Counted from the whole stretch's first letter, positions 48,965-62,239 are shown. The stretch: 63,472 nt of DNA, filler included, from Octopus bimaculoides (GCF_001194135.2; 5 parts of 5 records of this genome joined end to end with filler, not necessarily neighbours in it); one strand, 5' to 3'. A program made the numbers and translations. The notes: a model not told the origin generated them from the letters alone.

Positions 48965-50280
48965 AGGCGGTATTTCGTCTGCCCTTACGTTCTGAGTTCA
49001 AATTCCGCCGAGGTTGACCTTGCCTTTCATCCTTTCGGGTCGATTAAATAAATACCAATTACGCACTGGGGTCGATGTAATCGACTTAATCCCTTCGTGT
49101 CTGACCTTGTTTGACCCCTCTATGTTTAGCCCCCTTGTAGGCAATAAAGAAATAAATATGTTCCGAACAGGCATTATTTCGTCTGCCGTTACGTTCTGAG
49201 TTCAAATTCCGCCGAGGCACTTTCATCCTTTCGGAGTTGATAACTTAATTACCAGTTATGAACTGGGGTTCGATCTGACTGGCCTCTCCCTCAAAATATC
49301 GGGCCTTGTGCCTAAAGTAGAAAAGAATATACTACCTTTCTAAGGCGGCGAGCTGACAGAAACGTTAGCATGCTGGGTGAAATGCTAAACGATATTTCGT
49401 CTGTCTTTACATTCTGAGTTCAAATTTCGCCGAGGTCGACTTTGCCTTTCATCCTTTCGGGGTCGATAAATTAAGTACCATCTACGCACTAGGGTCAATG
49501 TAATCAACTTAATCCGCTTGTCTGTCCTTGTTTGTCCCCTCTATGTTTAGCCCCTTGTGGGCAATAAAGAAATAAGAAACGTTAGCATGCTGGGCGAAAT
49601 GCTTAGCGGTATTTCGTCTGTCTTTACGTTCTGAGTTCAAATTCCGCCGAGGTCGACTTTGCCGTTCATCCTTTCCGAGTCGATAAATTAAGTAACAGTT
49701 GCGTACTGGAGTCGATCTAATCGACTGGTCCCCTCCCCTTGTGCTAGAGTAGAAAAGGATAATTAAATCCTAGTTGAACACTAAGGTCGATCTAATCGTC
49801 TAGCTCTCTCCCTCCCCCAGAATTTCGTATAGTAGAATGGATTGTCCTATCGGGATCGATAAAATAAAACACTAGTCAAGTATTGGGGTCGATATAATCG
49901 ACCAATCCACTACACAAAGTTTCAGCCCTTGTGCTTTTAGTAGAAAGAATTATCATTAATATAAAAAGGCAACTACGTTCAAATTCCGCCGAGGTCGACT
50001 TTGCCTTCCATTCAACCGTGATCGATAAATTAAGTACTTGTGAACAATTGGGGTCGATGTAATCGACTAGTCACCTTCACCAAAATTTCAGGCCTTGTGC
50101 CTTTAATAGATAGTATTATTATAAAAGGCAGCGAGCTAGTAGAATCTTTAGCGCGTCGAACAAAACGCTAAAACGCATGTTTTCCGATTCTTTACCTTCT
50201 GAGTTTAAATATTGCCAATGTGAACTTTGCACTTCGTCCTTTCGGGGTCGATAAAATAAAATACTATTCAAGGACTGGGT
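48965..50280 (+). mobile_element. Head-to-tail array of about 8 SINE family A units
   Basis: Repeated ttctgagttcaaattccgccgaggtcgactttgcc cores or their 3' parts at about 48965, 49170, 49345, 49576, 49770, 49850, 49975 and 50126, all on the plus strand. Confidence 0.9.
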
Positions 50281-50927
50281 AAATCTTACTTACCCACCCC
50301 TAACCATCTCTGCCATTTACACCGATGACATTATCAAATAACCAGTGGCGCTACCTATCTACGCAGCCAAATTCCAAACCATTTGTCCAATAGTGTCCTA
50401 ACTATCCAGTTTTTTTTATCATATGCAGTATCTTCTAAATATAGCTTTAAATATTTTATCTCCGTAGTTCCACCATCATCAAGGAAAATATAAAGTTATT
50501 TTCACTGTGAAAATTATTGCATATCCAATTTCTTCAAACAGCACTTGAAGGTTTTTTCAGTGAGAAAATATGAAATGAATGAAATGTGTGATTGGAAGAA
50601 AAATGAAGCCTCACAGCAGAAGATTCAAAGGAAGAAATGGGCTGTAATAATCGACATCTGTCATTCGCCTGAATTGTAAAATTACTTAGAAAGTTAGATC
50701 AATGGAAACCACCAAATTTATTATGCAGTTACCTGAACTATCATACGTACTCAAGAACTAAGGAGTGCAAAAATATATCAAAGTGGTCGCAAAGCTTTCA
50801 AAGGAACAGCAAACTGGTTTTCGCTTCCTGAAAATGAAAGATTTGATATTGCGACAGAAGGCAAGACTTACGCAGAAGCTGAAACTGCTGGTGGACATTG
50901 AAATAAAAGCCGAAATGACCTTAGATG

Positions 50928-50989
<62 letters not shown>

Positions 50990-51070
50990 AAGATAGATAG
51001 ATAGATGGATAGATAGATAGATAGGTAAGTAGGTAGGTAGGTAGATAGATAGATAGATAGATAGATAGAG

Positions 51071-51109
<39 letters not shown>

Positions 51110-51272
51110 GATAGATAGATAGATAGGTTTCTTTATTAGCCACACAGGGCTCAACATAGAGGGGACAAAATANNNNNNNNNNNNNNNNNNNNNNNNNNNN
51201 NNNNNNNNNNNNNNNNTTAATTAATTAANNNNNNNNNNNNNNNNNNNNNNNNNNNNNNNNNNNNNNNNNNNN

Positions 51273-51307
<35 letters not shown>

Positions 51308-51455
51308 TATATATATATGTAAATGTCGAACAATGAAAATGAGTACTCAACACTTCATTATTGGATAGAACATTTTTATTTGAGGTTTAAGTCTGCCATT
51401 GGTTTCATTCTAAGGAAAATAGAAAAATATCTTAATATCTTAACAATATTTCAAG

Positions 51456-51554
51456 ATGATCACATGGAAGAATGGTGTTCTTCTCCATTTTGGATAAAAC
51501 CTCAGTCTCTAAATTTTCAGGTTCCAATGGAATCAAGGTATTTAAATAACAAAG
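51456..51554 (+). CDS. Candidate 99-nt internal exon (xDHMEEWCSSPFWIKPQSLNFQVPMESRYLNNK), unassigned
   Basis: AG at 51454-51455 and AAAG|GTAACA donor; symmetric phase 1-1; open frame inside the CpG-depleted domain. No protein recognised. Confidence 0.2.
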
Positions 51555-52191
51555 GTAACAAAGCAGGGTCAGAGATAGTGCACCTGTGCACTAACACTGT
51601 GTATAGACATGCATGCACTTACTAAAGTAAGTACAAATTTGTTCTTCCAGTTATGCATACATTCACAGGTATGGACCAAATGCACAACATATACTCAAGC
51701 ATGCATTTCACAGCCTACTGTAGGTTCAAGATCCAATTCAGGGAAAGTTCTGAGTGATAACACAGGTCAGCTGAGGTTCACTACAACTGTTTCAGACATG
51801 TTCTATATTGATGAACAAGACAATTACATCATGTAAAATACCTCAGTTTTATTCACTTAAATCAAGCGTAAAATTTATCACTTGGGATTTTTCAAACAAA
51901 TAGTATATAATCTTGGTAGCTGAAACTGAGATGAGAGGGTCAATATGCACTATATGCTATTTGTGTGAAAAAACCTAAATGCCAAATTTTAGTCTTAATT
52001 CAACTGAAGAAAACCATTTTTGTTTTATATGATATAATTGTTTTGTTCACAAATACAGAACACGTTTGAAACAGCTGCAGTGAACCTCAGCCATATGTAT
52101 TATTATTCAAATATACATACATACATACATACATATATATATATAATGTCAACAAATGATGTATGTCCGTCTATCTATCTATCTATCTATT

Positions 52192-52228
<37 letters not shown>

Positions 52229-52675
52229 TTTTACACACACACAATTATAGTAATGAATAAAAATTTTCATATCTTCCATCTTCTGTCTTTCATTTACCAT
52301 ATATATATATCACACTTTGTTGAGGTAATATTTTTAGAATCTACTCTTCAAAAATCACAACTTCATTCATATGTAATAATGATTGCAAGTGTTTATTTAT
52401 GTGAGATTGTTTTCTTGTATGCTTCTGAATGTGAGTGCTTTATATTCTTGTGTGTATTTTGAACAGAGGGCAGGTGGACCATATTCTGAATTCAATATAT
52501 ATGTGTTAAGCGAGTTACTTAATATGGCAGTAATTCCAATAGTATCATGTGATTAAAAATAGCAATAATTAAAAAGGAACACTTGATGCAATGTATGTTT
52601 TCAGTGCTGAGATTCTTGTGACCTCATTACCTTTTGTCTGCTAACAATCGTCTTTTCTTTCATCATAGAAGTATT

Positions 52676-52723
<48 letters not shown>

Positions 52724-52844
52724 ACGTGCAATAAAATTGTTTCCTCTATGTTTCTGTCCTAATTGAACAGAAATTTATATACATGCATGAATGCGTATAT
52801 TGTGCATATTTATTTACATGCAAACATCCTCCTCCTCCTAGATT

Positions 52845-53120
52845 GGGTAGATGGAAACTGAAAGAAGTCTGTCGTATATATATGTATATATATGTGTGCG
52901 TGTGTGTGTGTTTGTGTGTGTCTGTTTGTCCCCCCAACATCACTTGACAACTGATGGTGGTGTGTTTAAGTCACCATAACTTGGTGGTTCAGCAAAAGAG
53001 ACTGATAGAATAAGTACTAGGCTTATAAAGAATAATCCTGGGATCGATTTGCTTGACTAAAGGCGGTGCTCCAGCATGGCCACAATCAAATGACTGAAAC
53101 AAATAAAAGAGTAAAAGAGT
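52845..53120 (+). mobile_element. SINE family B (5'-truncated), CpG-decayed
   Basis: Consensus CpGs have become TG/CA: catcgc>catcac, aaccga>aactga, gcggttcggc>gtggttcagc, accga>actga. Confidence 0.85.
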
Positions 53121-54260
53121 ATATATATATGCACAGATACATATATACATGCATATATATATATATATATACATACATATGTATATCTATATATATATAC
53201 ATATATATACATATGTATATATGTATATATATATATGTGTGTGTGTGTGTATATATATATGTATGTATATATATATATATAGTTGCAGACATTGTTGTTT
53301 GTTTAAGAAGTTCCTGTCAACATGGTTTCTGATTCACTGTCATTGCATGACACTGTTTCTTCTATAGCCTTGGGCTGACCCAAATCCTTGTGAGTGGATT
53401 TGCTAGATGGAAACTGAAAGATGGATGGATGGATGGATGGATGGGTGAATGAATGCATGTGTATGTATAAGACTGTCATACCAGCAGTGCCGCTCTTTTC
53501 CAATATTCAGCAAAAGCTTACCTGGCCTTGGGGGAATTTTACTAACAGTTAAGGATTACTAACAGGATGGGCATTTGCCCATAAAGAAATCAGATTTGAT
53601 AGACTCCTTGGAACCATGCAAGCACAAAAAAGACTTTAATATGTTGATGGTGATAATGACGACGATGATGATGACGATGACGATGATGATGATGATAATG
53701 CTGATATTGATCACACACACACACACATACATAAGGTGATTAATAGGGGATTATCAATCCTGAGAAATACTTCTTAAGCTCTCTGTTGATGGAAATGCAT
53801 GAGACTAACATATCAATCTGAATGAAGGCTCTGAAGCAGATAGCATTTTTAATGGTCATTCACTATTTTCTATCTGTCAGCTGACTGAGTAAGTAAACTG
53901 GAGCATGAATGCATATCAGAAACAGTTGTAAGTCTACAATGCACAAATAAATAAATGCATCATGCTCTTATTTATGCTGTTTCTTTTATATATATATCTA
54001 TAATCGGTGCACATTCAAAGCCAGTGAACAGCAATTGACGAAACCAGTATGACTTTGAATCCCTTTAACAATTCAAAATAATGATTTTTATTCCTCTTAA
54101 TTCTACCTCAGTTCATCTAATTGTATATATTTATCATTACATTTCATAAAAAAACCCCATTATCTTTCTATATCCAATGTGCATTTTTGCTTTTTTCTTC
54201 TTACTTTCCCCATATATCTACCACATGTAGTTTATTTTCCTCTTTGAAACCTATTTCTAT

Positions 54261-54351
<91 letters not shown>

Positions 54352-55229
54352 TTATATATATATTATTTTTTGTTGTGTCTGGGGAGAGTCATTCTCTTTT
54401 AGTGCCTTATTATTTGACACACTCACCGGTAAAGTTTCCACTCATTCATTTATTTACTTTTCCTAAGAAAAATGAGTGAAAATTTTACCGACAAGTGTAT
54501 TAAATAATAAAGCACTGAAAGAAAATGACTCTCCCCAGATACAACAAAAATGCTTCAACACATGAACTTACATAAAGAATCTTGTAAACCAAATTCAAAA
54601 ACGAAATATATTATTTTTAATATGGAGAAAACCCTCAGATCTTTCATAAACCTGTTATTTTAACCAGGCCCTATTCATCTCAAAGCAAGAATAGAGTAGC
54701 CCAAAGCAAACAATATCTAGACTTGAGCATCTGTAGATAAGGAAGAACCTTTGAAAAGATCAACATTTGGAAAACTAAACACGTTTATACCTTGATTATC
54801 AATGAAATGTGCCAAGCTAGATTTGGTGAGGCAGTAGTCAAACCAAATAAGATATAAGCAAACTGGCAACAGATGGAGAAAGGCTGATCATGAAAAAAAA
54901 AAAACCCCAGAGAATATTGAAGAAAGAACTTTATACAAGGAAATCATCCGAAAATTGAATAAGATAAATAAGAATATTTTAATCTTATCAAGAGCAGCGA
55001 ATTTACATATAAGAAGAACTAGAAAGTGGAAAATTTATGATTCCTGAACTTGCAAAACCAATTTCCATTAGTAGCCATAACTGTTTCAAACCTGTGAGTT
55101 GCTGTGCATGTTTTTGTGGACTGTGAAAACTTTATTTGACCAAAGCAGGTCAGATACTGGTAAAATGTCCAGGGAAGAATTAGAGTCTTTTATTGTGTTT
55201 ACATGGATTCACTTCATGATGCCCCTTTT

Positions 55230-55345
55230 ACATCCAATCACTCATACGTTGTTTCTACCTGAACCTGAGCTCCAGCTTGACCTTTCAGAATTCACAGTCA
55301 AAGAAGTCAAGATGCTTGCAAAGAGAATAAGATACAAAACCAGGG
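55230..55345 (+). pseudogene. Possible NeSL/HERO-like pre-RT fragment
   Basis: LPEPELQLDLSEFTVKEVKMLAKRIRYK resembles the PEP..FDLSE..LKEV..V..K motif preceding RT domain 0; weak. Confidence 0.3.
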
Positions 55346-55759
55346 TTATTTCCAGTCAACAGTTGATGCTGTATGTAAAACACACACACACACATTGAAT
55401 AATTATAGAGTGCTCTTCTTTTATATCTGACTTTCTACAAAGACTTTTGATACTACATATACATATATACATACACCCACATACACACACACACTTATAT
55501 ATATATACACATATATTTTATATATATATATATATATATAAATATATAATTGTTACAAGAAGAATAATGGTGACAGTGACTTTGAAGTTTCAAAATATTG
55601 AGTAATCCTTCAGCTTAATGTAAAATTGTTTTTATTATAACTCTACATAAATATGAACAGTAATATATACATATGTGTGTGTATTTATATATATGTTTAT
55701 ATAGCAAGCGGAACCTCAAAAGTTTATATGTTTATATATATATATATAAACATATAAAT

Positions 55760-55834
<75 letters not shown>

Positions 55835-55879
55835 ACAAACACACACATACATGTATGTCTATATATGTATTATACATGT

Positions 55880-55912
<33 letters not shown>

Positions 55913-56560
55913 TGTATATTTATATATATTATATTTATTTATATTTGTATATATATATGTATGCATGTGTATGCACATAAATATATAATGTATAAAATAA
56001 ATATATATATATATAATACTAATATATAATACTTATATACATGCAAGCAAACACATATACATATTCTACAAGAATAATATTTCACTTGAAAAATTTAATG
56101 TAGAAAAACATGAACAACAAGAGAGTAATAATAGATGTAATCCTACTCTGTCATGCATTCCATTAGTGAGATCTGTTTTGAAAATAGCATTGAGTGGTAT
56201 GCAGCAGAAAATGCATTTTTGTTAGATTCTCTTACATAATTCATTTAAGCTGTATAAGTTCATTCCATTCTCAAATGTGAGTCAAAAAGGAGTACTTTGA
56301 TTTTTCACTTTAGATAAACAAGAATGTTTACACAGAAATGATATATGCTGCTGCTACTACTATTACAAATGGAATCATATTTTTCACAAAAGAAAGCTTG
56401 ACAAAGCAAATGTTCGGTTTAAATGACATGTAGCTTAAATTACAATACTATAAAATGTCCTATCATCACAACATTTATGAAATAAACTTTAAATTTATTA
56501 ACCTGGTTTGAGAAAAAAATTAATTAGTATTAAAGGGAATGATTATTATCATAGGTGGTG

Positions 56561-56888
56561 GGGTCTCCAAAAGGGATCTCAGGGAGTAGTGTCCCTGCCT
56601 TCCTGAGCGAGTTTTCCACCACATTTCTTAAAAACTGTGGTAGAGGCCTTGGTCTCGGGACCACTCTTGTCTAAAAACTGAGATTGGGGGAAAGCAAGGG
56701 CATGCTCCCCGTAGAAAATCCAATTCCAAAAAAGCCTCATGATAGCAAAGGAAATGGGCACCAGCCAGCCTAAAGGTTGGGGTGGGATGCACCTGCCTAC
56801 CTCAGTTGCTATGACATTGAGGTAGATCTGGCCACCCCCATTAATGGAGACAAAACTCGGATTTAAAACAATGGATGATGATGATATA
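56561..56888 (+). mobile_element. Non-autonomous retroelement with (GAT)n tail
   Basis: Contains an aagggcat..gtagaaaa motif similar to the 59325 and 61735 copies and ends ggatgatgatgat. Confidence 0.45.
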
Positions 56889-57099
56889 TACGTTGGTAAA
56901 ATTGAAATAACTTAGTTTTTGAATTTATTGAAAATTGTATTATTTATTTAATAATTGTAGCAGAAGCAGTATTAATACCTAAAAAAGGCAAACTTTATCT
57001 CCAAATTAACTCAGATGTTGTGACAGAGCATTATTTACCTTGAGAGGATTTCTTATAATGTTATGTAATCTCCATGTTTTCTGTCACCCCTTTTTTCTT

Positions 57100-57960
57100 T
57101 CTTTCTGCATGCCATTTTTTCAGTACATTTTCTGCTCTGAAAAAGCCATGCTTTCAAGCATTCATAAAATTTGAATTCTGACAAAGGAATCCTTCTAAAT
57201 TTATACAGGAGTTGAAAGAAGACCAGTTTATACACAGCATAGAGGACACCTAAATTCACATCACTGAAGCTTCTCTTACATTTTGGCAATGAATTGCACC
57301 TACAGATGTTAGGTACAATCCACCGTAAAGAACCCATCTCTTTGGACTTCTTAAATTCTGTTTTGGCTTTTGATTCTTAACCAACTATTAAGGTTAAACT
57401 ATTCAGCTATTTCTTATATATATCATTATATTCCAAAGTCAAAAAAGTGCATCTCTTGTAATATTGTTAATCTCTAAATAATTCACTTAGTTAATTTACT
57501 TATTAATTTATTGCTAAACGTTGTCATTAAATCGAACAGTCAAGGCTTCATATTATTGATCAAACTTCTCAAAAACTACCATCGATGTAAAGTGATTACT
57601 GTAGAATTTAAAAAGTTTCTCCCATTAAATGTCATCTTGCAGGTTCATTACCTTCTGCACTTGAGCATAATAAATTCCTGGCTACACAATTTGACATTCA
57701 AGAACCATGATAGTTCATTTAACTTCTCCATATGCTTTACTAAGTGTACAATTTTAGTTCTGTAGTTCAAGTGGTAGATCAAACAACTCTACCAAGCTGT
57801 CTGTGAGCCTGACCATATTATTTGCAAAAAACTGATCACTCTTACTCCGTCTTAAATCCTGCACATTTGCTTTTTCTGCAGTACATCTTGAAACATCCCA
57901 GAAAGCTTCTAAACAACATTTTATGATTGCCTTTACAGTTCGGTATGATGAAGCAACTGT
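57100..57960 (-). pseudogene. hAT transposase relic (KIAA1586-like)
   Basis: VASSYRTVKA..FANNMVRLTDSLVELFDLPLELQN..AYGEVK..VL..PG.YY, and downstream PKCKRSFSDVNL..PLSEF..LKAWL (dimerisation domain). Multiple stops. Confidence 0.6.
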
Positions 57961-58145
57961 ATTTAATAGTTAATAGTGAAGAGCCTCAGTGCATGCAGTC
58001 CACTTGTCTTGACTATTATAACATAATATCTGAAAAGGATTTAAGCCTCAATCTTATCATTAGCATTACCTTCACTAAATCTAATCCTATGTTCTGTACA
58101 TTGTCAAAGACTTACATTTGAAAAGTTTCCAGCAGGAGTGATTGT

Positions 58146-58301
58146 GTGTGTGGTAAGTAGCTTGCTTACCAACCATATGGTTCCGGGTTCAGTCCTACTG
58201 CATGGCACCTTGGGCAAGTGTCTTCTACTATAGCCTTGGGCTGACCAAAGTCTTGTGAGTGGATTTGGTAGATGGAAACTGAAAGAAGCCCATCATGTAT
58301 A

Positions 58302-58342
<41 letters not shown>

Positions 58343-58590
58343 CTCTCTCTATATATATATATGTATGTATGTATGTGTATGTTTGTGTGTCTGTGTTTGT
58401 CCACTCAACATTACTTGACAACCCTTGTTGATGTGTTTATGTCTTTGAAACTTAGTGGTTCAGCAAAAGAGACTAACAGAATAAGTACTAGGCTTAAAAG
58501 ATAAGCTTTGGGGTCAATTTGTTTGACTAAAACCTTTCAGAACAGTGCTCCAGTATGACTGCAGTCAAATGATTAAAACAAGTAAAAGAA
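58146..58590 (+). mobile_element. SINE family B, full length, CpG-decayed
   Basis: ctgcgtgg>ctgcatgg, ctcgggccga>cttgggctga, gacgg>gatgg, cccgtcg>cccatca. Confidence 0.9.
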
Positions 58591-59324
58591 TTATAAAAAA
58601 AAAGAGAGAGAGAAAATTCTCAAATGATCCCTGAATTATAAATGGTAATATATATCATTTTAAGGTACTGGATTGAAAACCACCCCTTTTTAAGCAGTTT
58701 AGAAGCCAATCATTTATAGATCTTACATTTGCACTAAGTTCTTAAGCAGAATGATACAGGGTGGAAAAACTCACCATCTGCTGCTCTCAAACAGACAACT
58801 AAAACAGCTTTGCTATTTATAGCAATAGATTTATCAACCATAACAGACACTTTAGGTTGTTTGGAAAGTACATTTTTCACCACTGTCTGTCACATTTGGC
58901 TTCTCATGTGGTTTACAATCTGTACATAATTATGAGAGTGCAGAATATACTCTAAGTTAAGGTCAATTGTCTCCTGTAATTTAATATTATAAAACATATC
59001 TGTGTATACTTTACCTTTGTGTGCAAAATTGCAGATAGTTCTAAAAGCCATTCTGTTCTTGTATCATCGTTTTCAGTAAAATATATAAACAGCATATTTT
59101 ATTACATTTTTTATCAATATTTTCACTGATTTCTTTTGGTACCTGTGATGTACTTCACTGGTTCTTGTATTTCAAAACTTTTTTTAAAAATCATTAATTA
59201 TTTTGCCTTGCCTCCATTAAGTTTTATGCCTACCCAGCACCTCTCTCAAAACCAATGAATTTTGTGTTTGTTTGTTCATGTCCAAGTTGACTACAATTAC
59301 TATATACACCATTGCCAGTGCTGC

Positions 59325-59583
59325 TGGACTGGCTCCTGTGCAGGTAGCACGTAAAAAACACCATTTTGAGCATGGCTGTTGCCAGTGCCGTGTGACTGGC
59401 CCTCGTGCTGGTGGCACGTAAACGCACCCACTACACTCTCAGAGTGGTTAGTGTTAGGAAGGGCATCCAGCTGTAAAAACTCTGCCAGATCAGATTGGAG
59501 CCTGGTGCAGCCATCCAGTTCACCAGTCCTCAGTCAAATCGTCCAACCCATGCCAGCATGGAAAGCAGACATTAAACGATGAT
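59325..59583 (+). mobile_element. RTE-related non-autonomous element with (GAT) tail
   Basis: gttaggaagggcatccagctgtaaaaactctgcc...gcatggaaagcagacattaaacgatgat; shared with 61735-61927. Confidence 0.7.
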
Positions 59584-59812
59584 AATTCCTACTCAGGCAT
59601 ATTCTTTTTCTTTTTCGGCATATTTTGCATTCAAACAGTCTAAATGATCATGTCTTTTAATATCGTTCTAAATGCTTTAATGTTTAGTAATTTACAGGTT
59701 GGCCATTTTCAAAATAGCTTACTTCTCACTAAGCTGTCTTTTAAAATATTTTAGGGGTGAATCAATTTAAAATGTATAGTTATTTGATACTAACGATATT
59801 ATATAATCTTTC

Positions 59813-60024
59813 CTACTCTAGGCACAAGGCCCGAAATTTTTTGGAGGGAGGGGGCCAGTCAATTAGATCGACCCCTAGTATGCAACTGGTGCTTAATTTA
59901 TTGACTCCGAAAAGATGAAAAGCAAAGTTGACCTCAGTGGAATTTGAACTCAGAACGTAAAACAGACGAAATACCGCTAAGCATTTTGCTGGGCATGCTA
60001 ACGTTTCTGCCAGCTTCCCGCCTT
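59813..60024 (-). mobile_element. SINE family A monomer (beta tail), partly CpG-decayed
   Basis: gttgacctcagtggaattt versus consensus gtcgacctcggcggaattt. Confidence 0.9.
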
Positions 60025-60767
60025 AGTGATATTATATAATAAAATCTGTAGAACACTATCTTTTCTACTTGTACTGCTGCTGCATAAAACTATCCACAGT
60101 AAAATATTTACCATTTATGATTAAATTGAGATTAGAAAAATTATTGACACTGCTTATTTCATTTCTTCTTGTCCATTCTAATTTAGCTCAAATGCTAAAT
60201 GCAATTTCTAATAGGAGAGACAACAGAAAAAACATTGAATTGTATATTATGTGACTTAAGCCAGGACTACCATAGCAATTTTCTTATTAAAAATCATATA
60301 TAAATTAGTCTAAATTCAAAGTTCCAGTAGGTGAAAAATTCTAGTGGGTAAAGGCTGTCTTATACCAAAAACAATACATGTGTTTTGTCAACTATGATAT
60401 GTACAATGTCATCTTCACACGAGAAGACACAACCCAAGCAGGCTTAAATGTATATTGATTATGTGGAATTTGTGTTTTGCAAAAGCTATATTGAGAAAAA
60501 TAGCTATTTAAGCTATCTGATGTATGTAGCGTGCATGGCATAGTTATCCACGTAAATTTAACTTATTTAAAGTAATGTCAATTACAAATCATTGCTGCAA
60601 TTAAAATATGTTGCAGAGATTTGAGTGGGTTGCAGTGAGAGGAATCTGATGAGCTTTTCATCTTCAAATTTAAACCATTTAAACCATCCATATTTAGCTC
60701 AAAGATTCTTCCTGCTTCATGTTCAAACTGTCAAAATATGGTGTCTTAAACTTACTGTACAGTATCA

Positions 60768-60895
60768 TTAAGCTTACTACCAACCACATGGTTCTGGGTT
60801 CAGTCCCACTGCGTGGCACCTTGGGGAAGTGTCTCAGGCCGACCAAAGCCTTGTGAGTAGATTTGGTAGATGGAAACTGAGTGAAGTCTGTCGTA
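60768..60895 (+). mobile_element. SINE family B 5' half
   Basis: agcttactaccaaccacatggttctgggttcagtcccactgcgtggcacc. A 3' half lies at 61310-61460 beyond the gap. Confidence 0.85.
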
Positions 60896-60913
60896 TATAT
60901 ATATATATATATA

Positions 60914-61004
60914 CTAGCAGAAATACCCGGCGTTGCCCGGGTTAAAGAGAATAATGAAATCTAAAAACGCCGTCTAGACTACACATCATCTTTATATATA
61001 GAGA
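60914..61004 (-). mobile_element. 91-bp non-autonomous Helitron
   Basis: Minus strand A|TCTCTATATATAAAG...ACCCGGGCAACGCCGGGT (hairpin)-atttctg-CTAG|T: 5' TC, 3' CTAG, subterminal hairpin, AT target, no TSD. Confidence 0.85.
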
Positions 61005-61485
61005 TGTATATACACACACGCACCCAAACACACGTATATATATGTATATCAATATAAATATATGAAAGTCAATGAAGTTTCGTAAAAGAAGGTGATCATG
61101 TACATACTTTCTTGCTGTTGTGATTATAACACCTCATTGTAAACTATGTTCCTTGTTTTCCCTTGTGGAGNNNNNNNNNNNNNNNNNNNNNNNNNNNNNN
61201 NNNNNNNNNNNNNNTTAATTAATTAANNNNNNNNNNNNNNNNNNNNNNNNNNNNNNNNNNNNNNNNNNNNTATATATATGTATGTGTGTATATATATATA
61301 CACACGTATATATGTGTGTCTGTGTTTGTCCCCTCCACCACCATCGCTCGACAACCAATGTCGCTGTGTTTACGTGCCCGTAGCTTAGTGGTTCGGCAAA
61401 AGAGATCTGATAGAATAAGTACTAGGTTTACAAAGTATAAGACCTGGGGTCAAATAACTGACATATATAATTATATATAGTCATT

Positions 61486-61706
61486 AAGGGCAGCGAGCTG
61501 GCAGAATCGTTAGCACGCCAGGCGAAATGCTTAGTGGTATTTCGTCTGTCTCTACGTTCTGAGTTCAAATTCCACAAAGGTCAACTTCACTTTTCATCCT
61601 TTCAGGATCGATAAATTAAGTACCAGTTGTATACTGCGATCAATCTAATCGACTAGCCCACTCCCCCAAAAATTTCAGGCCTTGTACCTAGAGTAGAAAA
61701 GAATAT
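61486..61706 (+). mobile_element. SINE family A monomer (beta tail), partly CpG-decayed
   Basis: ccgggc>ccaggc, tagcgg>tagtgg, gtcgac>gtcaac. Confidence 0.9.
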
Positions 61707-61734
61707 ATAGTCGTTATTATATATAGTCACGTTA

Positions 61735-61866
61735 GTTGGCGTTAGGAAGGGCATCCAGCTGTAGAAACTCTGCCAAATCAGATTGGAGCCTGATGTAGCC
61801 ATCTGGTTTCACCAGTCCTCAGTCAAATCGTCCAACCCATGCTAGCATGGAAAGCGGACGTTAAAC

Positions 61867-61927
<61 letters not shown>
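61735..61927 (+). mobile_element. RTE-related non-autonomous element 3' part with long (GAT)n tail
   Basis: gttggcgttaggaagggcatccagctgtagaaactctgcc...ggacgttaaac(gat)n. Confidence 0.75.
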
Positions 61928-61931
<4 letters not shown>

Positions 61932-62208
61932 GAATGATCTCAAACATTGAATTAGCAAACAAATTGTTTGGATATTTCACACACACACACTCACACATGT
62001 ACACATGCACACACACAAACACACACATACACACATGTGAATAACATAATCCTCTGTGAATGTGTATATATATGTGTGTGTAAACGTCTATATTTCCAGT
62101 TACATAATCTAATCCTGAGGCAAAAAAGCTGTGCCTAAAAGCCTTTCCAGGCATCCATTCATGCCTGCGTAGGTGTAGGTCTGTATAGTGGGGTCTGGGT
62201 AAGGGGGT

Positions 62209-62239
<31 letters not shown>

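Noticed and set aside
48965-50280. SINE array as a CRISPR-like repeat-spacer array
   Set aside because: Units are 100-230-bp diverged SINE copies without constant-length repeats or spacers; eukaryotic context.
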